In this document: piece by piece, positions 1 to 11,964 of the stretch
Layout: each line of letters opens with the position of its first letter
How positions within the stretch are numbered: position 1 is the first letter of the stretch
Assembly: GCF_018977255.1 (NCBI RefSeq)
Contig: NW_024705456.1
Coordinates: 1-42,894 of the forward strand
Length of the DNA stretch: 42,894 nucleotides
Direction: 5' to 3'
Source: Callorhinchus milii
Taxonomy: Eukaryota
Notes under the pieces: generated by a model
What the model was told of the DNA's origin: nothing
Databases searched by the model: none
What the model saw: only the letters and a program-made list of their open reading frames with translations
Made by a program: the position numbers and the translations under genes

Positions 1-602
1 CCTCGCTCACTCACTTCCCTTCCCTGACCTTCTCCCGCATTCTCGCTCCCTCCCTCCTCTCCCTTCACCCTGACCATCACCCCCGCTCGCTCCCTTCCCT
101 TCCCCTGACCACTCCCCCCCTTACCGCTCACTCCCTTCTCTCCCCTCACCCTGACCATCTCCCCCTTCCTCGCTCCCTGCCTTCCCTCCCCTCACTGTGA
201 CTATTTCCCCCTTCTCGCTCCCTCCCTCCCCTCCCCTCAAGCTGACTATTTCCCCCTCTCCTCGCTCCCTCCCTCCCCATGACAATTCCCCACTCCTCGC
301 TCACTCCCTCCCATCCCCTCCCGCTGACCATTTCCCCCCTCCTCGCTTCCTCACTTCCCCCACATCACCCTGACCATCTCCACACTCCTCGATCCCTCCC
401 TTCACACCCTCACCCTGACCATTTCCCCCCTTCCTCGCTCCTTCCCTTCCCTCCCCTCACCCGGACCATTTCCCTCTCCTCGCTGCCTCCCTTCCCTCCC
501 CTCTCCCTGAACATTTCCCCACTGCTCTGGTCCCGACACAACTGTGTAGCGCCTCGGGACGTCCACCGACGTGAAAGGCGATCTATAAACGGTTGTTGTT
601 GT
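1..602 (+). mobile_element. 3' end of an L2 LINE with an expanded ~46-bp 3'UTR tandem repeat (~12 units), terminal stem-loop and (TTG)n tail
   Basis: Repeating unit ~CCTCCTCGCTCCCTCCCTTCCCTCCCCTCACCCTGACCATTTCCCC, then GCGCCTCGGGACGTCCACCGACGTGAAAGGCG and TTGTTGTTG. This matches the 3' ends of the L2 copies at 12330-12523 and 38905-39100. Confidence 0.85.
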
Positions 603-844
603 ATCAAATATAATCGTGAACATTATTATAAATATTATAATTTAAGTCCAGCGTAATGAATGTACTGCCGTTTCTGACTACTGGGTGTCGCTCGTGCGCT
701 ACTATTTTGACCAGAAACCACTGGCTGAAAAGCACCTGAAAAATGGTTCAATAACGCATGTGCCCCGAATCGCTTCCAATCGTTCTCAGAAGCTTGTCAA
801 CCTCGTCCCGTTCCTTGGTTTATACATCCCATTCTGAACAACAG

Positions 845-882
<38 letters not shown>

Positions 883-1189
883 CCTTGCATCTGATATGGC
901 GCTTTTCACGTCGGGAGGACGTCCCAAACTCTTCACAGAACACACTGTAAAGTGAATTGACTGCATATTTGTGGGCGAACGTGGCAGCCAATTGCGCACA
1001 GCAATGTCTCACAAACAGTCGTAGATTGAAAATGACCAATTTATTATTTTGTTTTTTGGTTTTGGAGGGATTACTATTAGGCTCATTGTGGAGTAAGGAA
1101 ACTTGCCCAAGGTTTGGCCCTCTGCCTGGAATTGAACTCAGGTCTCTCGCTTGCAAACGAGTGCTCTAACCACTGAGCTACAGAACTTC
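845..1189 (-). mobile_element. Full-length tRNA-derived SINE (Deu-domain-like core, L2-type 3' tail, (TTA)n)
   Basis: The reverse complement reads GTAGCTCAGTGGTTAGAGCAC...GAGTTCAATTCC (A/B boxes), core TTGTGAGACATTGCTGTGCGCAATTGGCTGCC, L2-like GGGACGTCCTCCCGACGTGAAAAGCG, then (TTA)n. It is closely similar to the copy at 16616-16941. Confidence 0.9.
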
Positions 1190-1194
1190 ACGTC

Positions 1195-1570
1195 AGACTG
1201 GTATCTGTATAACAGTTATAGTATTTCTATATCAGTCCTATTTTCTATTTTCGGAATAACATGCCTCCTTTCTGTATGATATTTTTTTTTTATACAGGCC
1301 CTGTACCTGTATACCAGGTCAGGACTATGAACAAAAAGCCTTGGCCCTCTAATCGGATCCTGTTCTTTTATATAAACAGGCACCGTTTCTGTATTGGATT
1401 CCACGTCCCTGCAGAAGAGGCCTGGTTTTTATACGACAGGTTTGCTCTCTGCGTACTATATCTGGTCTCTGTGAAATAAACCTGTTGTCCAAAAAGTGAC
1501 CCTGGTCTCTGCGTAGCAGTCTTTGTCTCTGAATAACAAGTATGGCCTATGTATAACAGGCCTGTTCAAG
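1195..1570. repeat. Degenerate ~20-bp minisatellite (CCTGGTCTCTGTATAACAGG-like)
   Basis: Recurring ctggtctctg / tgtataacagg / tatacagg variants. Confidence 0.45.
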
Positions 1571-2046
1571 CTCTAATAGTAATATTCCTTGCATTTCATA
1601 AAGTACATTATCATGTCTTCGAGGCATCGCCAAGTGCGTCACAGAATATATTGTAAAATTGTGCATGAATATACTGTAGCTATTTGGAAAATTATCGGAA
1701 AAGCAACAAGTATCAAAAAAATTACTTTTATAGAACGCCTTTCCTTCAGGAAGACGTCGAAAAACGCTGCACAGTCAGGTCTCGTCATAACAGAACACAA
1801 ATATCTGAGGGACTGGTTTGTAAATGCATTTTCTGTTGTTGTTTGTTTCTATGGCAGAGATAGTATCAGAATGATTAACATGTTTGTTCAGTGATGCTGA
1901 ATAAAACCACTCAGGATAAGAGTCAAATCTTCCCTTGAGATTTGTCATTGTTCTCATAAAGAGTTTCCAGAAAGCTGCCGTCTCAATCTGCTGCTTGAAT
2001 CCAGTGCCTGTAGAGGTGACACACAACAGTGTGTCAAAAAGAAAAT

Positions 2047-3980
2047 ATGGAATATTTAACTATTTATGAGGTGGAAGCAATTTGCTATCCCTATTCTTGC
2101 AGTCGTCGGCGTTCCTGGTAGGATAACATAAAACGATTTTTTTCTATAAATATTTGTGCATGTTGATTAAAAAGTTATTCATTGCTTGACAACAATTTTG
2201 CCTGATTCGGTTCGTAATATCCTATACTCAGAGTAAGTGTTTGGTGCTCTCCAATATCGTGTCAAAAACTTTGAGCTGATAGACGAGCTTAACGTGAATT
2301 GGGGGAGAGCGACAGTTTTAGAACCAAAGTAGTTTGGATAAAACTGTGTATCTGGTAGCGTAGTGGAAAGCTTGCACTTTGCCTAGAATTCAGAGGTTTA
2401 TGGGTTCAAGCCCTCCTTGGGACTTGGAATCAAATTGTCTAAATTACAGCTCCAGAGCATTGGATGCATTGGGTGTGTTTCATTGTCGGATGTGCGGTCC
2501 TGCGGATAAAACTTTCAACCGAAATCCCAGCTGCCTGCTGAGAACCATGTTAAATATCTGATGGCACCACAATATTTGAAAAGAGAAAGCAGTTTCTCCC
2601 TGTGTACTCACTGCCATGGTTGGTGTATGATATTGCGGTTGCGTCCCCACAATAGACAAACAATCCTCTTTACAATGTGAGCCTTGACGCATATTGGAAC
2701 ATCCCAAAGAAGTGATAAATCGCATTAACGAATCCAAGTATTATCATCAAAGGGAAGGAATTTTATTCCGGTGTCCAAGACAACAATGTCAATGCAAATT
2801 GACATTCACTTGCCGGAAATGGTTGTATGCAAACTGAATATCCTATTTGTTTAAAAATAATCATCCACCACACGACAAAGGTTCAAAATGCCAGATGTTA
2901 GATTTGATAACAATTTGTGTCAATCATAAATTTTATTAATTCCTCAGCAACACCACCCTCAATATTTGGGTTCAAAACAACACCAGCATCTATCAGGGCA
3001 AATGTTTGACAAGACAAATTTGTGGCGTGCAATTTGATAAATTTAGCACCAATCTGACAGTCATTAATCTTTACTTTCTTTGCAGTTAACCTATTGGCGA
3101 TTCTGATCCTTTCCCGGGGAAACTGCGTCTCTCAAAAGGCGTCACTCTCTACTTGGTATCCATGGCTGCGGCAGATCTTATGGTGATTATCACTGATGTA
3201 ATATTCAATCGCATTAATATTTTTTATTTCCCTATTAGTTTCTTGTTCTACACTCCCGTGTGTAGTCTCAGACTTGTTTTGATGGCTACGGCCACAAAAT
3301 GTTCTGCCTGGTTTACAGTCGTTTTCACCTTCGATCGTTTTGTGGCTATTTGTTGTCAGAAGATGAAAGTTACGTATTGTTCTGTGAAAAATGCAAATAT
3401 GGTGATAACAATAGTGATTGTGTTAAGCTGTGTCCAATGTATTCCCTGGTACTTTGCTCTTACTCCTGATGTGATAATTAACAATGTGCCATTTTATTGC
3501 ACTGCAAAACCCAGCTATTTTACTTTGCCAATATGGAGAGCTTTTACGTGGTTTCACCGAGTTTTTACTCCTCTAGTTGTTTTTCTTTTGATTTTCCTTT
3601 TCAATGCTCTGACCATCAGACACATTTTATCAGCCAGCCGGGTCCGCAGGAGAATCAGGGTCAGTAAAATTGGAGAGAAACAGAATGATGCAGAAATAGA
3701 AAATCGAAGAAAATCCATTGTCTTACTCGTCACTATATCGGCAAGTTTTCTACTATTATGGATGACGACTATTATCTGTTCATTGAAATGGCCAATTATA
3801 AACTTTAATTATGAAAACCGCATATATAGCTCCCAATATATCTTCCAACAAATAGGTATTATGCTTCAGGTTTCCAGTTCATGTACCAACACCTTTATCT
3901 ATGCTGTGACACAGAGTAAGTTTAGGGAGGACCTAAAGAATATGGTTAAGTATCCCTTTACTACTGTTCGATGTAAATAA
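2047..3980 (+). pseudogene. GPR139/GPR142-like class A GPCR, 2 exons (2047-2117; 3086-3980), frameshifted twice as written
   Basis: Exon 1 reads MEYLTIYEVEAICYP(+1)ILAVVGVP|gtagga. Exon 2 follows the acceptor tttctttgcag and reads VNLLAILILSRGNC(-1)LSKGVTLYLVSMAAADL...FTFDRFVAIC...ENRRKSIVLL...SSCTNTFIYAVTQSKFR. The 7TM pattern and motifs fit the GPR139-like family expanded in cartilaginous fish. Confidence 0.85.
2355..2620 (+). mobile_element. Old SacSINE1/AmnSINE1-like (DeuSINE) fragment in the GPCR intron
   Basis: Degenerate tRNA head (tgggttcaagccc), then attgtcggatgtgcggtc...ttcaaccgaaatcccagctgcc...gatggcac...tttgaaaagagaaagcagtttctccctgtg, resembling the Deu-domain consensus as I recall it. 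Confidence 0.55.
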
Positions 3981-4294
3981 AAAAAGTTAATATTGATAAT
4001 AAAGAATGGAAGTTCAGCCAGAAACGCATTGCTTTGTTTTGATCTCCATTTCTCATTTTTCGTGTATACAATACGCTCACAGCAGCTCAAAATGGGTCAC
4101 GTAAAGTGCATTGTGTATCCAATCGAAGTGAGAAACATTAACCGTTGCAAGGAATATGATAACAATAATCCTTCCGCTTGACGTAGCGCCATATTACGTC
4201 TTCGAGTCGTTTCACAGAGCTTCCCACAATATGCTGCAAATTGTACCGATTCTATATTTTTTGGTATCCCGGTTTGAGGAATCTGAATCGTCCT

Positions 4295-4570
4295 GTAGCC
4301 TTATGATGAGATCAGTCGCCTCGCAAGCGGGAGATCTCGGTTCCATTTCTGGCATGGCGCAATGTTGGGCAAGTTTCCTTACTCAACCCGCCTCTATGTA
4401 CCCAGCAATAAGTAGGAATCCAGTTTCTAGTCGCTTGGCGAATCACTTTACCGAGATAAAACATTATTTTTCAAAAAAGATAATTAAGTCACTCAATTCA
4501 TGATTGTTTGTGAGACATTGCTGTGTACAATGGGCTGCCGCGTTTCACAGAAAATATACAGTCAATTCGC
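4295..4570 (+). mobile_element. Degraded tRNA/Deu SINE
   Basis: gtagcc...cgcaagcgggagatctcggttccatttctggc...ttgggcaagtttccttactc, followed by the core tgtttgtgagacattgctgtgtacaatgggctgccgcg. Confidence 0.75.
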
Positions 4571-4619
4571 TTGACGGAACACTCTAAAGGGACAGAGATC
4601 TATGTGCCCCAATGAGTGT

Positions 4620-5206
4620 CTGTGGCTGTAATTTCTAATTTCAGTGTGTGTGTAAACGAGAGAGTGAGAGAGAGAGAGACAGGCACAGTGAGCGATGACC
4701 ATGGTATCTATCTGTGTGTGTATGTGTGAGTGTGTTTGTCCCAATAGGTGTCTGAGCACGGGAGACAGTTTGTGTGTGTTTGTGTGTTAGTGAGAGAGAA
4801 ACAGATAAAGACTGAGTGTTTGATAGTTTAAGAGACAAATACAAAGTGCGGGACAGTGAGAGGCTTATTTGTGGAGAGAGACGGTGTGTGTGTGTTTGTG
4901 TGTGTGTGTGTATGTCCCAGTGATTGTCTAAGAATCAGTGCTGATGTTCCAATTTGTTTGTGTGTACGTGAGTGCGCGCGCATGTGTGTGTGTGTGTGTG
5001 TACGTGACGGTGTGAATGAGAGCCAGAAGAGATTGCATGTATTTGTGAGAAAGAAAGCGATCCCGTGTGTTGGAGAGAAAGAGAGAAACTGTGTGTGAAA
5101 GAATGAGAGACACTGAGTATGTGAGACAGCGAGAGACTGTGTATGTGTCAGTTAGAGAGAGACTGTGTGTATGTATGTGTGTGTGTGTCAGTGAGACAGA
5201 GAGAGA

Positions 5207-5238
<32 letters not shown>

Positions 5239-5275
5239 CAGGAAGAGACTGTTAGCGTGTCAGATAGAGAGACAC

Positions 5276-5315
<40 letters not shown>

Positions 5316-5505
5316 AGAGAGTGAGAGATCGAGATTGTGTGTGTGCGAGAGAGAGACAGAAAGGACTGCGTGTGTGAGAGACAGAGAGAGACTGTGTGGG
5401 TGTGAGACAGAGAGAGATAACGTGTGTGTGTGTATGAAATAGAGAGACAGAAAGAGACTGTGTGTGTGTATCTGTGAGACAGAGAGCGAATGCGTGTGTG
5501 TGTGA
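4620..5505. repeat. Compound (GT)n/(GA)n microsatellite field
   Basis: Seen directly. Confidence 0.95.
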
Positions 5506-5660
5506 GTTGCCATTGAATCCATCCTCCTCTAACACGAGCACAAACACTACAGATCAATACCGGAATCAGGACGTGCCCCTCATTCCCAGCTCAGTCAGTG
5601 AGAGAGACAGTCACAGAGATACAGTCTGTGTGGACATGTCTGTCTCCCCGTGTCTCTCTG

Positions 5661-5742
5661 ACTACAGCTCCCAGGATGCCGAGCGCGACCCGACCCCGTC
5701 ACCAGAGGGCTCTAAGCCGTGAGGCATGACGGGAGCTGTAGT
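5661..5742. promoter_or_regulatory. Inverted pair of ZNF143/SBS (ACTACA-nn-TCCC) motifs; candidate promoter
   Basis: ACTACAGCTCCCAGGATGCC at 5661-5680 (+) and ACTACAGCTCCCGTCATGCC at 5723-5742 (-). The two are 17/20 identical, separated by a CpG-containing spacer. Confidence 0.7.
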
Positions 5743-5785
5743 TTCCGGGCTCTGTGTCGCAGGCAGTGGCTGTGATACTGATGTC

Positions 5786-5999
5786 ACAGAGAGAGAGAGA
5801 GAGAGAGACAGAGCGAGTTAGGGTGAGAGAGAGAGAGACCTCTGACTGACCTGCAGCCGACCTTTTCCCTCTCTCCCTCTTTCACGCCTTTTCTCTCTCT
5901 CTCTCTCTCACACTCACCCTCTCTCTTCCTCTCACACTCAGCCTCTGTCTCTCATTTTTACCATTCATCTGTCTCTCTCGCAAACTCACCCATTCTCCT

Positions 6000-6053
<54 letters not shown>

Positions 6054-6057
6054 CTCA

Positions 6058-6091
<34 letters not shown>

Positions 6092-6135
6092 GTGCCGCTG
6101 TGTGTGTGTGTGTGTGTGTGTGTGTGAGTGAGACA
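5786..6135. repeat. (GA)n, (CT)n and (GT)n microsatellites
   Basis: Seen directly. Confidence 0.95.
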
Positions 6136-6232
6136 GGCTGTATGGTACAGCTACACTCTGGTGGCCGTCATGTTGCAAGGCACAGATTCTTGCTGCGTGT
6201 CAGACTCTCTCCTCTCCCCCTCGTTTACGTGA

Positions 6233-6440
6233 TGATAATAATAATAATAATAATCCTTGCATTTGATGTAGCGCTTTCACGTCTTCTAGACGTCCCAAAG
6301 CGCTTCACAGAATACACTGTAAAGTGAATGGACCGTATGTTTGTGTGCGAACGCGGCAGCCAATTGCGCACAGCAATGTCCCACAAACAGTCATGGATTG
6401 AAAATGACCAATTTATTATTGATTTTTTTGGGAGGGTTTA
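6233..6440 (-). mobile_element. 3' half of the tRNA/Deu SINE with (TTA)n tail
   Basis: (ATA)n-ccttgcatttgat...ggcagccaattgcgcacagcaatgtcccacaaacag; same family as 845-1189. Confidence 0.85.
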
Positions 6441-7409
6441 TTACGCCAGCAAGCCTCACTCGCTCGCTCACCCTCAAGTAACTTCACCGAAACGCCGCGC
6501 TCCTATCTACCGCCCTCAAGGGACGTCAGAATGTCTCCTCTCCTTCACTGAGAGGAACAAGCCAACTCTCTCCCTGGCCAGTGACTCCATGATGAATTGT
6601 GATTGACAGGAGAGTGAGAGACCAACTATCACCTACAATTGTAATTGTAATGACAATTGTGTGTAATTGTCTCTCTGAGACGGTGCCCTTTATGGCCGAA
6701 AATCGCTATTATATTGCTGGTTTATCATATTATTGTGATTGATTATTGCTAATTTGTTTTTTTATTGTTGTTGTTCCTGTTATTATATTATTATGTTAGG
6801 TGAGTGTATTGACATGTCAGTATCAGAAATGTATTTCCTTATCATTGTCACTGATTGTCGTATAAATCAAAACCAACTTTCATTTACACAGGTCGCTCCA
6901 CGCCGGATTGACTCTATATTTTGCAGGTGAAACAAGACAGCCAATTGCACAGACGTACCAGCGATAAAAGATCTACATGTGCTACAATAAAGCTGTGTGT
7001 CATCGATAAAACAAACAATTACTTCGCTTTATATAATATGTTGTGAAGCGTTTTGAGACGTCTCGCAGACGTGATAAGACACATTATCAAATGCAAAACC
7101 ACATTGGAGATTCGAAGCGGGTTTCTGTACTGAGACATACGGCGAAAAATAAACTCTATGGGATCCCTGACGTTACCTTCTGTTGTTGTTCTTCCTTTGT
7201 GGGTAACTGTTGGAGCCACTTTACAGGGAGAATTTTGTGGTTTGCACTTTAAAACCGGCAACGTTGGTCGGCTTACAACATAGCAGTGGTTCAGCTGCAC
7301 ATCATCCTTTGCCATTTGACATAATGATCAATATTAAACATTCATACAGTTTGAATTGGGATGACACAGACACCAGCACATGGAGAACATGCCGTATCCT
7401 TTCCCAATA

Positions 7410-7720
7410 TTAGAAGGAAATGAAAGAGAGAAAGAGAGAGAGAACCTCGAGTGAAATTGCGAGAGATACAGAGTTTGAGAGTTACTGCCAATGTGAGAGA
7501 CACAGAGGGAAACAGATAGACAGAGAGTGTGAGAGGCACAGTTGGAGAAAGAGAGACTGAGTGTGATAGACGCAGAGTGACTGAGAGTGATAGAAAGAAA
7601 GTATGAAAAACACAGTATGAGAGAGACTGAGCGAAAGAGTGTTGCGTCAACAACAACAACAACAGCAACGAAATTACATCTATAGAACGCCGATGAGTTG
7701 GACGTCCCAAAGCTCCAAAC
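7410..7720 (-). repeat. GA-rich low complexity followed by a degraded L2 3' tail ((CAA)n ... ggacgtcccaaag)
   Basis: (CAA)n at ~7648-7667 and a stem-loop remnant to ~7715. Confidence 0.55.
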
Positions 7721-9779
7721 AGTCAGGTGTCGGGGTCCGAGCATTTGATAGTCATAGCATTCAACCAACCACCCGCTCGTTTTTGGTTCGAATAAATATT
7801 CCAAATCAAATCTAAATTATGACCTTATTTTCCCATCGCTTATAATTCCATTTTTAGAGTAGTACAAGTCACCATCTACAAGGCATTGCGGAAATCGATG
7901 TACGTATTTTTCTTTGAGTCTTAAAACTTAGTGTGATCTTCTGGAGAATCACAACAGTTCAACAGGTGGCTAACAGAACTGAAGCTAACCTGCTCCTTCC
8001 TGATCAAACCACGGGTCTCGAATCAGGGAAGGCTACCTGCACTGACGACCCGAAGGACAACGTTGTGAGCGACTGAAATCAGTGAAGTTCCTGAGACAAT
8101 CTGGTAATCACTTTTGTAGACACACCACAAATGCCCTCTGGACATGTGCGGAGAGGAGAGCGTATCTCAGTCAGAGTCCTGGTGAGGTTTAATATATTAA
8201 TTCTCCTGGACTTAATGAAAATCAGTTTGCCATCAGATTTCACATTACATTAATTTGCACAAACATCTGACAAATATCTGCTCGTTTCCTCTCTTGCAAG
8301 ATGAGAGCTCAATTGCAGCTTGAAATGCATAATTATCTATTCCCCAAGTGGTCAGTCGAGTTACTGCTTGTTGGAGACTGGCTTCCTTAACGATTGTAAT
8401 GTTTTTAAAAGCCGACAGAACAGCAGTCCTGGGGAACCCTCAAGTTAGCTCTTGATTACTCAAAAGAACACAAAGGCCTGTACAGGTACAGCACGATTGT
8501 GGAAACATGTCGCCTTGTTTACCGCGATTTTGCATATCTATATTTAATTCAACTATATTTCCAGTTATTATATCACAGATTGAGCTGAGCTCATAATTAA
8601 CTAGAATCCTCCCAGTAAAGAGCGATAACTTCACAGATCCCTATTGAGAACAATTGCATACATTAACAATGGAATTTCTATCATCAGGTCAAAGATTGTC
8701 TGAAGAAAAAAAGAAATCGCAAGTGTTTTACCTGCATTGGAAATTATAATAAAAGCTACCATTTCTCAAAAACACTCACCTGATCTCCCATGTGCATATA
8801 TCTGAGCTGTATACTTTCTCCACTTCAAAATTGTACATAAACCTGAACGTCAGTGCAGAACTTCTTGTGTGTTGTTACACCGTATACAAGAAATGGCATA
8901 GAATGTTCCAGAGAAAAAGGCCATTCCATCCAAACGGGTCCATTTCCCTCAGGTTTTCCAACCTCCCCCCACATCCCTAATTCACCTCATATAAATTTAT
9001 ATGCCCCACTCCTACAACCCACTTCTTCCCTCTCCTACACCCCACTATTCACCACTCCTACCGCTCTCTATTCCCTTTTAAACTCACCACGTTCCCACTT
9101 ACATGCACTGACATTTTCACGTTAACCACAGATTGTGGCAGCAAGCTCCACACTCGCCCCACCCTCTACGAGTAAAGATATCTTCCTAAACTCCCTTAAT
9201 AGATAAAAAATAAGCAATCGCATTGTCTTCCTTAATTTTGATATAGCATTACCTACTTCAGGATCCTTAAGCATTTCGTAGGCTACACTGCATCGTGCAG
9301 CTCTACTCTATTTAACAGTAACCCGACCTTTGGATTCAGGGCTTGTAAACGTCGACATTATCAAATCGCGTCACAATCTTACCCAAATCTATGAGGCCTC
9401 CACACAATTGGGCGAGAAAAGTTGCAATGTTTCTTCATAACTGAATCCACTCATTCTGGTAACTTCCATGAAAATCTACCTTGTAATTGCTGCAACGCTG
9501 TGGAACATCAAACATATCTCCTAGTCTGTGTTTCCTATTTCAAAGGTTTTTACCAATCTGTTCTGCTGCCTCTGAATTGTCGTTTGGTGTCATATAATAC
9601 GGTAAAAATTGACATTTGTGCGACTTTCACGTCATGTGGATGTCCGAGGGAGCGAAACTATCAGGGATTAGTACCCGAGTGAGGTGGGGTGGTGGGCGTG
9701 GGTTGGATTGCGGGATGGGTTGGAAATCAATGAATGCCGATATGGTGGAGACCCATGATATCGGGCTCCAGTTAGAGAG

Positions 9780-10120
9780 TGGGGAAGTAGGATTAATTTT
9801 GCAGCTCTTGTAAAGAATTGTCACGGACAGGATGGGCGGAACGGTCTCCTTCTGTGTCGTGAAAATTGAATCATTACTGTTTTAAAACTTGCTTGTATTT
9901 TGAGTGCTTGACGCGGGGTATTGTGCTGGAGCGCTTCCGGGACCTTCCTCACCGATCATCTTCCATCAACTTTCATTCAAAACCGCCAAGGTTAAATATT
10001 TGCTGGGCTATGGGGAGAAAGTGAGGCAGTAAGATTAATCAGGGAAGCTCTTCCAAAGAGTCGGAACAGACACGTTGGGCTGAATGGCCTCCTCCTGCGC
10101 TGCATCGTTGCATGATTCCT
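9780..10120 (+). mobile_element. Two degraded CR1/HER1-type LINE 3' ends
   Basis: gatgggcggaacggtctccttctgtgtcg (~9830-9860) and gggctatggggagaaag...gggctgaatggcctcctcctgcgctg...atgattc (~10005-10118), typical shark CR1 3' termini. Confidence 0.65.
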
Positions 10121-10666
10121 CCACATACTGTGGGCCTGGATTTCTTCTCCGCCTTCTGTGCAGCAGTTTATCAAACGCTTCCTGGAAATTCAAATTCACA
10201 ACGTTTGAAGGCATTGCCTTCATTTACACTTCTAGTTACACATTCTGAGCCACGTATTTTCTGAAGTTAGAGTGTGCTTTGATGCAACTGTTGGAGTCAA
10301 ACGAGCTAAACCCACACAGCGTGCCATTAGGACTCTGTCTGGCAAGCTTTCCTGCTGTTTCTCAGCTAGGACACACTTCCCATTCGTTAGGAGTTTGGAT
10401 GTATGCTTAATAGGAAAATAGCGGGAGAATTCCCCGCCACCAGTAACTGGTCTGCCCTTTAATATCCTGACGATGAGCCAGACTGCGCCACGCTGTCATC
10501 CGCAGTGAGTGCCCTGGGGTACTGCAGGTAAGAAATGAAGCATGTGCCGTAGAAAAGTTATAGTGCAAGCTGCTGATAAACGGAAGGTGGAGATCAGACA
10601 CAGAGGCTAAACTGAGAGAGGAAAGCTGTGGTTACTCCATTCTGCACTTTTTTTTACATTTGACTC

Positions 10667-11510
10667 CAGGCCTAATCGCTACGTCAAAATCTTTCCTCGT
10701 GATCCACAGGAATGATTCTAAAATGTATTGACTGTATGTTTGTAGAAGAAAACACACACAAACACACACACAAACAAAACCACACACAATCATAATTTGC
10801 AAACAGCAATGTCCCACAAATAGGCATGGGGTGAATGAAAAATTTTAGCTGAGAAATTATCCAATGTGACAAGAAGCTCACATCTCTTTTCACACGCAAT
10901 CAGCGCGCTACGTGTCCAGGTCAGCCAGCAACTCCCTTTCGGGGCATTACTCATCTTATTAAGAATAACTTACTGCGGTATGTGTCAGTGTGTGAACGTG
11001 AGTGAGACAGGCCAGTGTTGCAAGGATTCCTGTAAAAGAGTCGTCTGGGTTTCGTTTGTTCCCAACAGAGAGAGAGAAAGAGAGAGAGTCAGGCCTTTTT
11101 GCTACGTCAAAACGGATCCAAGTGCTTCACATGATTGAGTGTATAATGCAGTGACTGTATGCTTGTAGACGAAAAACACAGAGAAACACGAACACACTCA
11201 CACAGAAATTGCGCAGAGCAGTATCCCACAAACAGGCATGCGGTCAATGAAAACCTACTAGCTGATAAAAGATCCATTTTGACAGTTCGCCTCTCATTTC
11301 TCACTTCTCCTTTCCCGGACACTCAACGCACTGTGTTTCCAGCTCAGCCCATATCTCTTTTTCAGGGTATTGCTCATCGCATTAAAAATAACTTACTGCG
11401 GTGTGTTTCAGTGAGTGCACGTGAGCGAGAGAGGGCTGTGTTGCAAGGAATCTTGTAAACGACTCGTTTGGATTCCGTCTGTTCCCAGCAGAGAGATGGA
11501 GAGAGAGACT
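10667..11510. repeat. Diverged tandem duplication, 2 x ~425 bp, each containing a SINE remnant
   Basis: Units start aggcc...gctacgtcaaaa (10668, 11091). Both share tgactgtatg, tcccacaaa-aggcatg, aataacttactgcggt, gtgttgcaagga and tgttccca-cagagaga. Confidence 0.8.
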
Positions 11511-11964
11511 GAGACTCGGCTTCCCAGCTCTGAGTGTTGCTCAATATCCGCCTCTAAGTCACAGTTCGTGTCCGTCTTTGAGTTTGTGTGTGTATGCATG
11601 TGTGTGTGTGTGTCAGACTGCTTCTCAGAGTGTATGTATGCCGAAGCATCTCACTGTGTGTTTGTGGCACAGGGAAGTGGATATTTGGGGATCACAGAGC
11701 CCAGTGATCCTGGCAAAAGCTGTTCCTTGGATTTACTTTGTTCGACTTAGCTGCAAGTCTGCGGAGACACCTATCCGCACAAAAACCCTCAAACCTCAAG
11801 GCTCTGCTCTTCACCAGATCTCCTCATAATCTTCGACATGGAGTCATTGTTTCTCATCTTCCGTGAGTATTATTTCTAACCCAGTGACAGGGACGGCCCA
11901 GCCAGCGATGGAAAGGAGAGTGTAGTGTGAGCGGCTTGTTTGACACTCAACTGTCCTTGCTGAC

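Noticed and set aside
2089..3127. Compensating frameshifts giving a functional GPCR
   Set aside because: The shifted frame meets TAA at 3087-3089 right after the splice junction.
4560..6330. Numerous ORFs rich in CV/HT/ER/SL dipeptides (also 7334-7804, 22627-24266)
   Set aside because: These are translations of microsatellite and low-complexity DNA.
6892..10533. Isolated exon-like segments (6892-6926, ~8119-8181, donor CAG|GTAAGA at 10527)
   Set aside because: Splice-like signals only, with no recognisable peptide or consistent frame. Cannot be supported without transcript data.
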